Assembly: GCA_051294375.1 (NCBI GenBank)
Contig: JBJCIZ010000239.1
Coordinates: 1,940,581-2,004,580, forward strand
Source: Paraspadella gotoi
Taxonomy: Eukaryota > Animalia > Chaetognatha
Direction of reading: 5' to 3'
DNA: 64,000 nt
Shown here: in pieces, positions 24,501 through 36,275 of the stretch
Position numbering within the stretch: the stretch's first letter is position 1
How the letters are laid out: each line of letters starts with the position of its first letter
Translations under genes and position numbers: made by a program
The notes under the pieces: generated by a model
What the model was told of the DNA's origin: nothing
The model's input: the letters and a program-made list of their open reading frames with translations, nothing else
Databases searched by the model: none

Positions 24501-25523
24501 TCCTCCCTAAAAACTTCGAATTTTTTTAAAACTAAAATTATTCAAAGAATTAAAAAAAAAACCAACAAAAAAAACAAAAAAACAGGAAATTATTCCATCA
24601 CGACAAACAAGTACTATCTAGTATCTAGGAAAAAAGTATATAACATAATTCATTTATTCATTAAAAAGTATACAAAACATGGGTAAAACATTCTCAATAT
24701 TTGGTTTGCTCTTCCTCGGCATCGACTACTGCAAATTGAGGTATGACAGTGAAATATTTTTCCACATCTTTAACGCAATTCCTTTCAGACACGATGTTAA
24801 TGTTACATGTCTTTCCCTCTTTTCTAAAAAGTATAATAGTACTTTTTTGAACAAAAAAAAGGTGCAGGGCCTTTAGCATTGCCAAAATAAAAAAAATCAC
24901 TAACTCTATTCGAAATAAAAATAAATAACTAAATATCAAAAATGGAGGAAAACTAAATATGATTTTTTTGGCCATTTTTTATTTGAAGTAACAATATTTT
25001 TTGGTCTGTAACTTTTAGATAGTAGTTGTCCAAGTAATTAAAATATTTTATTTCATAAAACCAATTTTTACTAACCTTGGAACAGAAAAACAACGAAAAA
25101 TTCCCAAATAAATAAAACTTTTGGATACGAATCTCGCTTGAGCGAAGCACGACGGAACGAAACAACAACACTAGCCCATGAATTTTTTTTCGACGCCAAC
25201 CTCTGTACAATGGACACTCCAAACAGACCAATCATGAGCATGGAAATCTGAGAACTGGCTTCAACGAAACCCACGACTGACTAAAACAAAAGGTAAGGCG
25301 CCTCACCCGACTGGTGAGAAAAAATCGAAGAAGCGAACTCACCGAGCTCCTCGCAAACGAGTTGGCGCAGCTGCTCCGCTTGTTTCTCCTCTTCCCTTCT
25401 CCGCTCTTCCTCCTCGTCCGCCTGCAGCGCCTCGTGATCGATGTGGAGACTCAATCCGTTCGGAACGAAGAGGCTTCCAGCGGTGCTGCCGCCGCCGCCG
25501 CCGCCGCCGCTCATGATGCTCAT
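18593..25523 (-). CDS. CEP152: Centrosomal protein CEP152 / Asterless, multi-exon with a long terminal coiled-coil exon
   Basis: Acidic N-terminus (ALQADEEEERRREEE..EL|DDDLLSDDD, Plk4-binding-like); QLQILYKARGRRLEE; ARAKREHEEIVAGI; ERAETINRLSRSLEETQRQCAELLRSGS. Confidence 0.85.
22369..22533. repeat. 165-bp imperfect palindrome (MITE/foldback-like) in a CEP152 intron
   Basis: ttagcaaaaacaaatttgagattcaacaacgattt..acggacatgtttcga..tttttcaagtc pairs with gacttgaaaaa..tcgaaacatgtccgt..aaatcgttgttgaatctcgaatttgtttttgctaa. Confidence 0.8.
23419..23489. repeat. 71-bp AT-rich inverted repeat in a CEP152 intron
   Basis: tatttgggaaaaatgatttttgtttcacaa / ttgtgaaaaaaaaatcattttgcccaaata. Confidence 0.7.
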
Positions 25524-25798
25524 GACTTACCCTCGATTTCTCCCTCTTTTCACCGCGTGGTTTCCGAGTTACAATCTCCCAGGATCGTGGATAAACTCCT
25601 CGGCGGTCCGAGACTTTTTTGGGGAGAGAGTCATCATTTCTATAGAATTACCTTATTTTTCTAAGAGAAAAAAGGAAAGAAAGATTTACCACCGATTAAT
25701 GAAGATTATTTTAAGAAATAGAGGAGAAGAAGGAGACCAATGAATAAAGGATTAAGGGGGTGGGAAAAATAGTAAGTTCCTTAAGTTTAATAACCCCC

Positions 25799-26794
25799 TT
25801 AACCAAAAGTCTTATTCTGCTTGACCCTACAAACGGCCGTCGAGAATTGATCTCTTAAATAAGTTCGCAGAGTCTTTTGTTTTTTGTTATTAACACGAAA
25901 GCCCTTTCCGTTGACCTCCTCCAACCAGGGCACCGTTGACCAGAAGGCGTCGAAGCATGCTCCCACCGACTCTCTCGTCTCCGCCTCCGACATTCCGGAG
26001 ACGAGGGCAAACTCGCCCATGAGTTTGCCGATGTCGTAGACGACGCTGGACAAGAGCTTGAGGTCGAAGGAGCCTTTGTCCATCACCACCTCGGAAGAGT
26101 CTTTGCCCATCAAGGCAGAGATCTTGGGGTTTGTCTCCACGTAGTCGTGGAGAAAGGGGAAAGAGGCCGTCGGCGCAAGGCCGATCGCGTCGACGCCGAG
26201 ATCGACGCCGCCGTCGAAATCTCCCACGCGGACGGGGCCGGCGTCGTCGTCGTTGAGGGCGACGACGGCGTCGTCATCTAGAGTCAAGATGGGAAATCGT
26301 CCGTCGTCTATCGAAGATTCGTCGAGGCCCACGCCCGGGGAGGGTTCCGCGTCTAAGCGAAATTTTTTGATGTCCGGCGAGAAGGTCTCAAAGCTGCCGA
26401 GACTCCCGGCACCGGAAACCGTGCCTCGTTTTTTCTTCTTCTTCCCTAAAGACACCATGGGTTCCGGCGTCGCGAAGGGACCGCAGTTTCTGTACAAAGA
26501 GTCAACGGAAAACGACGGTGGCGCCGACGGTTCCTCGGTCGTCGAGCAGACGCCGTCGTTGAGACGAACGCGGACGTCTGTCAAATCGTGTCGAAGGTCG
26601 TTGTCCACGAATCGCCGACAGAGGGACTCGGACCCGGCGATCCTTCGACCCTCCGACGTCTCTACAAGGAGAAAGACGTTGGCGCCGAGGAGAGCGTCCA
26701 GGCGGAGAGCGGATTCCATGAGGATCGAAAGGAAGGAAGTCTCCAGGTTCTTGATTTGCTCCAAGACGGAGAGGAGATCCAGATTCGACGACAT
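25799..26794 (-). CDS. Uncharacterised nuclear protein, paralog 1 (MADS/SRF-like N-terminal module plus shared C-terminal domain), single exon
   Basis: 331-aa ORF with local codon style; ILMESALRLDALLGANVFLLVETSEG; KKKKKR NLS; homologous to the ORFs at 35104 and 36276. Confidence 0.85.
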   Translation of the reverse strand: MSSNLDLLSVLEQIKNLETSFLSILMESALRLDALLGANVFLLVETSEGRRIAGSESLCRRFVDNDLRHDLTDVRVRLNDGVCSTTEEPSAPPSFSVDSLYRNCGPFATPEPMVSLGKKKKKRGTVSGAGSLGSFETFSPDIKKFRLDAEPSPGVGLDESSIDDGRFPILTLDDDAVVALNDDDAGPVRVGDFDGGVDLGVDAIGLAPTASFPFLHDYVETNPKISALMGKDSSEVVMDKGSFDLKLLSSVVYDIGKLMGEFALVSGMSEAETRESVGACFDAFWSTVPWLEEVNGKGFRVNNKKQKTLRTYLRDQFSTAVCRVKQNKTFG

Positions 26795-26974
26795 TTTCTT
26801 AAATTATTAAAACAATGTAATAATAAAAAAGTGATTTAACAAACGGATTTGTTTTTTAAAAAAAATAGAGTAAAATTCGGGAGAAAAAAAATACCAAAAA
26901 AAAGGAGGCACTTTAAAGTGTCGAAAACACTGGAATGGCACGGAAATGTGATAGGGTCAAAAGATACAAAGTTT

Positions 26975-29900
26975 TCAGTTTCGCTTAATCCCGCCACAGG
27001 TTCGGCATTTCCCCGACGCCCTCGGCTCTTTGAGTTTCCCCTTGGCGGCCTCGTTGAGGACCCGCTCGAGCAGCTTCTCCTTGAAGGCGTCGGCGCGCAA
27101 CTTGTTCGTCCTCATCGTCTCCGCTCTTTTCTTTTCTTCTTCTCTTCGCTTCTTTCCTTCGGCGAGGATCTTCTTTCGATAGACGCTCGGCGTCTTCGTC
27201 GTCGTCTCCTTCCGTCCGCTCTTCTTCTCGCAATGCCCGACGCAATAACCGCCAGAGTTTTCCTTGTCGGCCTCGTCCGTCGGTCGCGTCGCTCGTCGGC
27301 CCCGTCGCTCCACCAAGTGGTGCTGATGACTGAAGGGTTGACACAGGCGGTGGTTGTTCGGGGGCGGCGCCTTCGGAATCCGCGGACCGGGAGGCGGTTT
27401 GGCCGATTCTCTTGTCGATTTGAGGATGGCGACGCGGTTGCGGGAATTCTCGATGAAGGTCTGCTTTTTGGAGGCGAAGGCTTCGGCGAGGGTCACCACG
27501 TTGTTGAGAGGTTGGAAGGAGGAGGCGGAGGAGGATTTTCGAGTGGACGGAGGGGAATGCCTGAAGAGTGAAGAGAGGAAGGAAATATGGTCGTAGATCA
27601 TAATTTGATACACATTAAAAAAAGAAGTGTTAAACGTGATATTATTTTAATCCAGTCGTACAACAACCAGACCTGCAAGGACAGCAATCGCAGCACGGGC
27701 ACAGCTGATGACCGGTTATGGCCGACGGCGCGAACCACGCCACTCCGTGCGGAACTTTCCGTTCCAGCGACTCTCTTGCGCATTCGGAATGCGGCTCCGT
27801 CGCGCCGACGACCCCGGGGATTCGAGAATCCCCGCGACGGGAGGCCGCTGCGTTTGGAGCGCAATCGCAGACGGTCGCCCGGTTGGCGAGACGAAAGCCG
27901 CAGCTCGGGCAGATGAAGCGGGGCTTGGACGCGGCAGGAACGGAGGGCGAGTCGAGCGGCGCTTCGGAGATGCGGGAAGACGTCGCCGTGGGTTTCGGTG
28001 GAGACCTTTTGCGTTTGTCGGGACTGGAGCGTCTCGTGGCGGAGGAGTTGACCCCGTCTTTGTGGTTCTTCGATAGGGAAGGGTCTGGAAGAGATGATTA
28101 CCGTTGAGATTACAGATTTTTCTTCGGATTAAATTTAAGAAATTGTCAGAATTAAATTCTGCATCACATAATCACCACATCTCACCAGGTTTGAGGTCCC
28201 GCTTCTCTTTCCATTCCATCAACAACTTGAGCTTTTCTCTCCGTTTCGCCGCTCGAGCTTTCTCCCGTTCGTACAACATCTTCTGCAACTCAATCTTCTC
28301 CATCAAACGTTTCAAAGCTGGAGAAAAAAAAATACAAAAGTATTAAAATATTTAATCTTAAAATATTTAAAACTAATACGACTTAATCATTAATTCGGAC
28401 GATAAAGTAATCTAAATATTAACTAAAAGCTCTCTTACTCGGCTTCTCATTAACACCAGTGCGGCGGGGCGCGTCTTCGGCCAGAGACGGGACGTCGGCT
28501 TCCGTGTCGTCACCTACGAAAATAAAAATGGCGACAAGATTTAAAAACAGACGATGAGGTACGATTTAATGGAAATGTTTAAAAATTGATTTCTTTAATA
28601 AACTACTGAACTCACGCCGCGTGTCTTCGGTGACAGTAATGGAGCTCAAAGAGGCCGTCGTCGCAGTCGTCGTCAGCGTCGTCGTCGTTGAATCCTTTAT
28701 TCGACGAGCGACTCTTTCGCCTACGACGGCGGTCGATCTCCACGGCTTTCGATGATCTGACGAAAAATAATTTTAATAATAGTTAACAATAAAAGGCTAG
28801 TACTAGACGAATGCGAAAAAGTTTTTAATCTGGTGAAAGTTAAAAAATGATTAATATTTTCAAAACCAGGAAAGCAAATTCATAAAATTTTCCGACTACT
28901 CTTTCCTGTCATTGAAATAGTAGCATACCTCAACCTCCAAAACATTAAAATCTAGTCACAGGAACAGAGATACTTGTTGTAATCCGCTGATTAGACCATT
29001 TGTACTAGAGATAATGCAAAATTGAAATGAAATAAAAAGAAATCTATTCACCCTTAATATGGCAAGAGTCTAAAAAATTTCAGTTTAAAAGTGTCAAAAA
29101 TTCGCAAAATCACCCTTTTCGGCCGCGCGCCCGCGGTCTCGCGCCTTCTCCGCCTGACGGCGATCCTTGACGACGGCCTGGTGGCGCCGGACGACGTGTT
29201 TGGCTGGATCGTCGATGCAGTTCAACAGGGAGATAAGCGTCGAAGCCGGGACGACGGAGGCGGTCGATCGAGCGGCACGCGTCGCCTTTTGGAGCGACTG
29301 GTACCGATTCCACATCTGCGATTTAAGTATTAGGCATTAAATAAATGAATAGTTAAACAATTAACTTTATTGATTTCGATTGGTTGTGCCAATTTCATGT
29401 TAAAGAAGTAAAAAATCTTTAGCCATTTCACAGATTATTTTATACGCTAAGAAAATATTATTTACTAAACAGTAACTTTTTCTTTAATACAATATCCCAT
29501 ACCTCGTTGAGATTTTCTGGCAGGTCGTCGGAGCCTTCAACTTTGTCCAGATGCCGCATGACCCGATGCATTCGCTGAACCAACCCGGCCGACGTTTCCG
29601 ACGGAAGACCAGAGATGCAGAGGCGATTCGAAGGAGGTTCGGCGTCTTGAGCCGCGAGGCTGAACGAAAGATGATTGAAGAATGATAAAGTATAATGTAA
29701 ATACTATATGAATGTAAACGCAGTTAATAAAAATAAATTCATATAAAACATTATAAACAGCGACGGCAAAGTAACTTTGCTAATTACTTAACTAAATATT
29801 TATAGATTATTATCTTTAAAAGATCGTAAAAATATAAATAATAACCATAAAGCAGTTTCAAATTCGTCTTACTGTAAATTTCATTCACCTGTAAATGGCT

Positions 29901-32900
29901 GGCTTGGGTGAGGGAAGTTCGTAACGCGTCGTGTCGGGCGGCGAATCGTCCGAATCCGATTCTCCGCTCCCATTTTTCGATTCATTTTCTACGAAAGACA
30001 ATTTATCGGGAACAGTAACCACCTTTTCTTTTTCGCCGCTTTCTTTTTCATCATTTTCATTGCTTTTTCTTTCGTGGTTATGATTCTCGTCGCTTTTATT
30101 GCTCTCTTTGTCGTCGCCTTTGTCACCTTCATAGGCTACTCGTTTATCATCCTTCCCATTGCTTTCTTTTTCACGACTATCATCCTCCTTGCGAACTTTC
30201 TTGTGAATGACCGTCTTTTCCATCTTGGAAGAGGAAGACGACGACGAAGATAACGAATGCCTCTTCGACAGATCCCGGGGGTCTTCAGGATTTCCGGGAT
30301 TGTCGACAACATCCACCGGATTCGATAGCTGACAGCCTCTGTTCGCCTCGTCATTCCCATCGACGATCAACTTCTGATCTCCTCCGGAAAGGTTTCCCAA
30401 ATTCCCGATCAAACTCTGCATGCTCTTCAGAGTGTCTTCCAACTCTTTTCCCCGTAAAACTTTCGTTTTTTTAATCGTTTCTCCCGATTTCTTTAAAATC
30501 CGCCGGTTCTTTTCCGATTTCTCCATCCTTTTCAAAGCCAACGCGGGATTCGACGTCGCTTTGTCCACTTTTTGCTTCTGCACAGCTTTACCGATCCAAG
30601 GTCCGTCTCCTGCGCCCCCATTCGTCACTACCGGATTGACAATTATCTCTGTCATTGGTAAGCGGGAGACCGAAACCGGAGGACGATCAATCTCTCCGCC
30701 TGACTTCCGGTCTCGATCCACGAATCCCGCGTCCACCTTCGACGCCAAAATGGGCAAAGATGCCTCGCTCTCGTTCCCCGTCAACGCGGACTTGGTGGAG
30801 GACAGCGGAGTCTTTGAAAAATCCTTCAAATTCTCCCTGAACCTCACGTCCTTTTCTAATAGCGTCTTTGGAAGACTGAAATTGGACTCGGATTTAATTC
30901 CTTCGTTGATCTTTCTATCTCCGCAAATCATGTACAAGTCGGCAGGGGCGGATTCCGAGTTGGGAATGAGAGTGGGAGGTCGAACGGGTTTGTCGGGAAT
31001 CGCGAAGCTGGCGTCGGAGAGGACGGAGTCTTCGAGAGGTTTGAAGGCGTATTCTTCATCTAAAGAATAGTCTTTTTGAGTCTCTGGAGATTTCGCAGAA
31101 GTTGTTTTCTTAGAATCCTCAGTGGCACCGTCGAGTCCAGACTCGCATTTATTCGAATTTTCCTTGTAAATCTTCGTTTCCTCATCCGAAGGCGTGACCA
31201 ATATAGATTTAGATTTTCTAGTTCCATAAATCCCCGGCGACGTCGCTTCCATCGAACTTTTCTCCCTCGACCCTAAAATTTCCGGGTCGAATTCCGGCGC
31301 CTGGGCGTCATCGGAACCGGCGTGAGTCGATTCAACGGTGGTACAAGTCCCGGCGTCGGAAATAACGCTGCCTTCTCTCCTCGCGGACAACTTTGCTGGC
31401 CGCGGGGAATACATTCGCTCCATCGAATTACATACGGGTTTAGAATCAAAATCCTGATATCGTAACGATTTCTCGTCTCCGCTCCCCATTTCGAAAGTGC
31501 CCTTGATCAGTCCTCGGCGAGAAGAAAAAGTCGCCGCGATCTCCACTTGCTCTATCTCTCTCGCAACGTTCCTGTACGCGCGGGAGGAAGGCAAATTAGG
31601 CTGAGAAGAGCAGAGCGGAGTTTTGCCGGGAGACGGTGTCGCTTTTATGGGTCGGAAATTCTGTTGCTCGAAGTGACGAGACTCGCGCAATTCCACGGGA
31701 TCGTGGATGATTTTTAAAGGAGCCGTTTCTCGAGTTATTGAGCGATAACCGTCGGAGGTGCTGCGGAAGGATTTCTTGAAGCTCGTGGAAAAGTAGCGAT
31801 TTGAGGCATGCTTAAGTGAGCTTGTCGACGTCTCTGGAAATGAACCCGGTTTACTTTCCTCCTCCGGCTCTTTCCAAACGATGCGGGTAGGTTTCGAAGA
31901 CTTTTCCTTAGCGACGAAATTGTCGACGCTGAAAGCTACACCTTTTCTCAAATCCGAAAATAGCACCTCTGTACTTTTTCTGGAAACCTCCCGCTCCGAG
32001 GCCGACTTCTTCGCCAAATCGTGAAACGGCTCGTCCATCGCGCCTTCGCCTCCTTCGCTCCGACTGCGAACGGCGAGCCCGTCGATGTACTCTGTCTTCT
32101 TGAGCAAAAGTTGAATCCGTTCGCTGAGGGAATCCGCGACGGAGCGAGTCGAAGTGTGAGACACGGAGGATGTCCGCGACGATGAGCTGCCCATAGGAAC
32201 GGAGACGCTTTGACTGAGGCTGTCGTAGCTCGTGTAAGGCTTCGGCGCCGGAGAGTAATAGTCTCCGTTGGAGTGGTCGGCGGAAACGGAGATGGTCAAC
32301 AGCTTCTTCACTTTCTTCGAGATGGAATCTTCTAAAACATCTTCTTCGTCTTCATCGTCGTCGTCTTGATTTGGCGGCAAATTTGATTCGTCGACGTCGA
32401 CTAAAAGTTCGATTTTGTCGTCCGATAAATTTTTCGGCGGCGGCTCCTCCGCCGAAGATGACAGTTGTTGTTGTGGTTCCGGAATCGTGACTGCTCTCAC
32501 AGTCGTAACGATCGTGTCCTCGCTCATCCCCGAGCTCGGAGAAAGAAGATCCGCCGGAACGGTCATGGGAAGGTCCATGTATTCCGTGCAATGGCTGAGG
32601 GCCGATTGAGCGGCCAATTCGAGACTGGCCGAGCCGCTGAGACTCGCTCGATTGGCTAATTTCGTATTAATACCGATTTCGTAATAAGACGACCGACTGT
32701 CCGAGGACGGAGATATGACTTCAATGGCCGGAGGTTCCAGATTCTGTTTTCCATCCAAATCCGAAGTTAAACTCTCTCTCGAAGACGACACTTCCAAGCT
32801 CTTGCTCGTCGCCTTGGTCGGAGTGACTTTGGCCAGGACTCTCGCTCTATCGGCGGAGATGTGCTCCGGCAAACTGTTGTAATCGGTGGAGGAAACGGAT

Positions 32901-34114
32901 TTGGTCGAGGGTCGAGCTTCTTCTTGAGAATCGGAACTGGTTTTTGCCTCCAAGGCTTTTGGCGAAGAAGATTTGGAATTTTTGTCGGATTCATCTTCTT
33001 TGCTGTCATCGCTCTCGGATTCGTCGTCGTCTTCTTCATCAAAGTTTTCGAGATGAGCCTCTTCACCCAAACCGTTAATTTCCCAACTGGGTCGTCTTTC
33101 CAAATGATCTCGCACCCTTTGTCTCCGCTGCGATCGATCCATCAAGGGTGACCTCTCCTTAACGCTTTCGTTTTCTTGTCTGACCCAAGAAACGTTCGGC
33201 TCCGAGTCATATTTGGGCAACAACTCGATTTCCACAAACTCATCTTCTCCCAGTTTGGGCATACTTCCGCGGATCGACGACTCCCGGAGGGTCACGTTGG
33301 AAGGTCTCGCTAAAATTCCCAGCGACGCTCTGTCACGCTTCGGCGTTTCCTCATGTAAACCGTTCCGATCCGCCGCGTTTTTCTCCGATTCGGCCAAAAG
33401 CGCCGAGACTCTTTTGGCTAACGAATCGGACGATGCGCGACTGGAGCAAGAAGCTTCGGATTTCTCCTCGAGCAACTTCACATTTTCGACGGAGGGCGTG
33501 GTAATGGGCGTGGCCGCGCGATTCCCAGTCAGCGATACGCCTAAGTTTTCGACGGAGACGACGGGAGAATCGTCGCGGGACAAAGCAAGCGGCGGAGGGC
33601 GCGTTTGAATCTTGGCGATCTCTGGGAAATCGTGGGCGAGGAAAGGAGTAGAATGCCAAAGCGGTTTTTTGGGGAGCGGGGAGTCGGGCGTGGCGACGGC
33701 GTCGCCGTCCGAAAAGGGGACGTCTTTGTCCCTTTGACGTAGATCGGTGACGGACTGAGCGACGATCTTGAGATCTCTCTCGTCGAAGCTGGACAAAGGA
33801 TGTTGGGACAAAGATTCGCCGATGGAGAAAGGATCTTCGCCTCCGGAGCCGCTCAGCGGATTTTGCAAGAGGGAAGTCGCTTCCGATTCGAGCGGCCTCG
33901 TGGCGTGCGTCGAACTCGCATCGAGCGGATGCTGCGACAGGGAAGGAGTTTCGAGGTCATCGACCTCGACGAGGCGTTCGTCGACGAAGGAGGAGAAGGC
34001 GACTTCGCGAGTCTTCGCCGTGGAATCCGAATCGACGGGCGGACGAGAGTCCAGAGTCAAACTGTCTTCGAAATCGAGAGGGAGGAGGCGAAACGAGGCG
34101 TCGGTCTCATCCAT
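26975..34114 (-). CDS. ALMS1: Alstrom syndrome protein ALMS1-like centriolar protein; 4.2-kb first exon plus about 7 small exons
   Basis: TTVESTHAGSDDAQAPEF resembles a recalled conserved ALMS1 block; C-terminal ALMS motif TLAEAFASKKQTFIENSRNRV...KKRREEEKKRAETMRTNKLRADAFKEKLLERV; GT-AG introns link the exons. Confidence 0.8.
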
Positions 34115-34461
34115 CGTTAAAGAGTTCTAGTTTATATTATTCAGTAAAATAATTAAGTCTTTAAGGCACCAAGTTATATAGCATTCTAAAACGAATGGAA
34201 GAGCAAGTTTTGAAGCGACACAAACAATATTTGAAAAGATAAAAAAAAAACACAAAAAAACGAAAAAAAAAAACAAAAAAACTGGCGATCCCGGAGTTGA
34301 ATACTTCCTGGAGGCTGGAGGGAAAACAAAGAAAAAGAAGATAAAAAAAAATAAAGTTCGTTTCTTTACTGAAAAGAAAATTTAAGACCGGAACAACAAT
34401 GATATTAAAAACTTAAAAGCTTCATGGGCGAAGGATTTTTTTAAAAATATTAATATTTTGT

Positions 34462-34689
34462 GGCGGTATATTCATACCGCCTCACGTCCACCATCGTTCA
34501 GCCAAATCCATTGGCTCAGAGGGGGAACACACCATCCCAGGCGTAGTGTTCCATCCACAGTCATAACGACTTCCCTCTGCGTTGATAACCGCGCCAGTGA
34601 CTGGAGGCGTCACTGAGGGTCGGAAGCCCCCAAAGCCAACAGTGAGATGCCCCATCCCAATGGGCATCACAGGCAACCCGGCTGTTGCC
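34462..34689 (-). ncRNA. Putative structured RNA of unknown family
   Basis: GC-rich island in AT-rich flanks made almost entirely of stems: ggcaac/gttgcc, gatgccc/gggcatc, cagtgac/gtcactg, cagaggg/ccctctg enclosing ggaacac/gtgttcc, agccaa/ttggct, ggcggtat/ataccgcc; extra G-U pairs favour the minus strand. Confidence 0.6.
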
Positions 34690-35103
34690 ATAATTTATAG
34701 TTTTTTTTTTTAGTTGCCTTTGATAGATATTTACAAAGTAGAGTTTTTCTTAACAATAATTTATTGTATCCTTAATTTTTACCCAAATATATAACAAAAA
34801 TAACAAATATTAAAAAATTATAATATCTGAATTCCTTTAATTTTTTTCCCCAAGAAATTATCCTCTTCCATTACGTTTCTTTGGTTCCTCTTCTTTTTCC
34901 GTTAATTCTTAAAAAAAAAAACCTTGCTCTTCGTTTTCCATATGCCTCCAGAGCGTATCGATCCCCAGGAATGTCAAAAAACGAATATCCCCTCCCCCCA
35001 ACAAATTATCTGAAAGTGGAACCGGAGAAAATTATGCTAGTTAGTAATTTTTAATAGCAATTAAAAATTATTATCGACGCGAGAGAAAAAAAGTGCATTA
35101 GAA

Positions 35104-36090
35104 TTACGTGAGAAGGTCGGAAGACTCGGATTCCCTCTTCAACAACTGTTTCAAGCGATGGCACACGGCGCCGCAACATTGATCCCTTAGATATTTTCTG
35201 AGATTTTTGTTACTTTTGTCGTTAAGTTTGGCCTGACGATTGACGAACTGCAACCAAGGAATGTAGGACCAGAAAAAGTCGAAGCAGGCGCTCATGAGTT
35301 CCTTCCTCTCTTCCTCGGAGAGTTTGGAGAGGACGGCGTAGTCGGCCACCATCTTCCCGATGTCGTTGACGACGCTGGAGAGGAGCTTCACGTCGACGGA
35401 GGACTTGTCGACGATCACCTCGGCAGCGGCCTTGTCGGCGAGGGCGGCGATCTTCGGATTGGTCGCCACGTACTCCTGCATCATCGCCGGCGCCGGAAGA
35501 AAGGAGCCGACGGTCGGGACGGCGCTGGGGACGTTGGGCCCGCGGTAGACGCACAAGGCTTCTCGATCTTCCTCCGATGAGTCGAAGGTTTCCACGATCT
35601 CAGTTTTGGGTTCAACGACGAGACTCTCCGTCGAGTTGATCGACACAACCTCCAAATCCGTCGGAGGAAAAGGGGCGTTCCTCCCTTGCGTCCGTTTCCG
35701 TTTGTTCTTGGAGACGTTGGGATGATCCATGAGCGATCTCTTCCTCATCGGTTGAGGAAACGAATCCACGAATTCCTGACAATAAATTCGATCCTCAAAA
35801 GGAGACGATGGTTCCTCCGTCAACGAACTTCCGGCCCCGTTGAGTTTGACTCGGATGTCACCGGCGTCGTGATGGAGGGCGTTGTCGACGAATCGCCGAC
35901 AGAGGGACTCTGACCCGGCGATCCTTCGACCCTCCGTCGTCTCTACGAGGAGAAAGACGTTGGCGCCGAGGAGAGCGTCCAGGCGGAGAGCGGATTCCAT
36001 GAGGATCGAAAGGAAGGAAGTCTCGAGGGATTTTAACTGTTCGAAGACGGAGAACATGTCCATCGAGGCGGAGGGAGGGTAAGTGGCCAT
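35104..36090 (-). CDS. Uncharacterised nuclear protein, paralog 2 (MADS/SRF-like module plus shared C-terminal domain), single exon
   Basis: Likely start MATYPP (accATGg at 36090); same N- and C-terminal domains as 25799-26794; KNKRKR NLS. Confidence 0.85.
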   Translation of the reverse strand: MATYPPSASMDMFSVFEQLKSLETSFLSILMESALRLDALLGANVFLLVETTEGRRIAGSESLCRRFVDNALHHDAGDIRVKLNGAGSSLTEEPSSPFEDRIYCQEFVDSFPQPMRKRSLMDHPNVSKNKRKRTQGRNAPFPPTDLEVVSINSTESLVVEPKTEIVETFDSSEEDREALCVYRGPNVPSAVPTVGSFLPAPAMMQEYVATNPKIAALADKAAAEVIVDKSSVDVKLLSSVVNDIGKMVADYAVLSKLSEEERKELMSACFDFFWSYIPWLQFVNRQAKLNDKSNKNLRKYLRDQCCGAVCHRLKQLLKRESESSDLLT

Positions 36091-36275
36091 GGTTGCTCGA
36101 GAACTAATCTCAGAGAATGGAAAGGGAAGAAGATTCATTTTTTTGGTCAAATTCAAAATGGAGACGGGGAATAAGCAACATTAAAATATTATGATTTTAA
36201 GTAAAAAATATTGCAAGTAATTTATAAATATATCTATACTATTGCAGGATAAGTTTAAAAACGTTAAACTTTATA

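Noticed and set aside
24694-25274. Short ORFs and a GC-richer patch in CEP152 intron 1
   Set aside because: No recognisable protein motif and no convincing C/D or H/ACA box arrangement
34281-34320. atacttcctgg (U1 5'-end-like) and gatcgccag (7SK-like) words
   Set aside because: No following U1 stem-loops or Sm site, and no partner GATC stem; short chance matches
34482-34691. 69-aa ORF MATAGLPVMP...
   Set aside because: No recognisable motif, composition unlike local exons, and the extensive base-pairing is better explained by RNA structure; coding is not formally excluded
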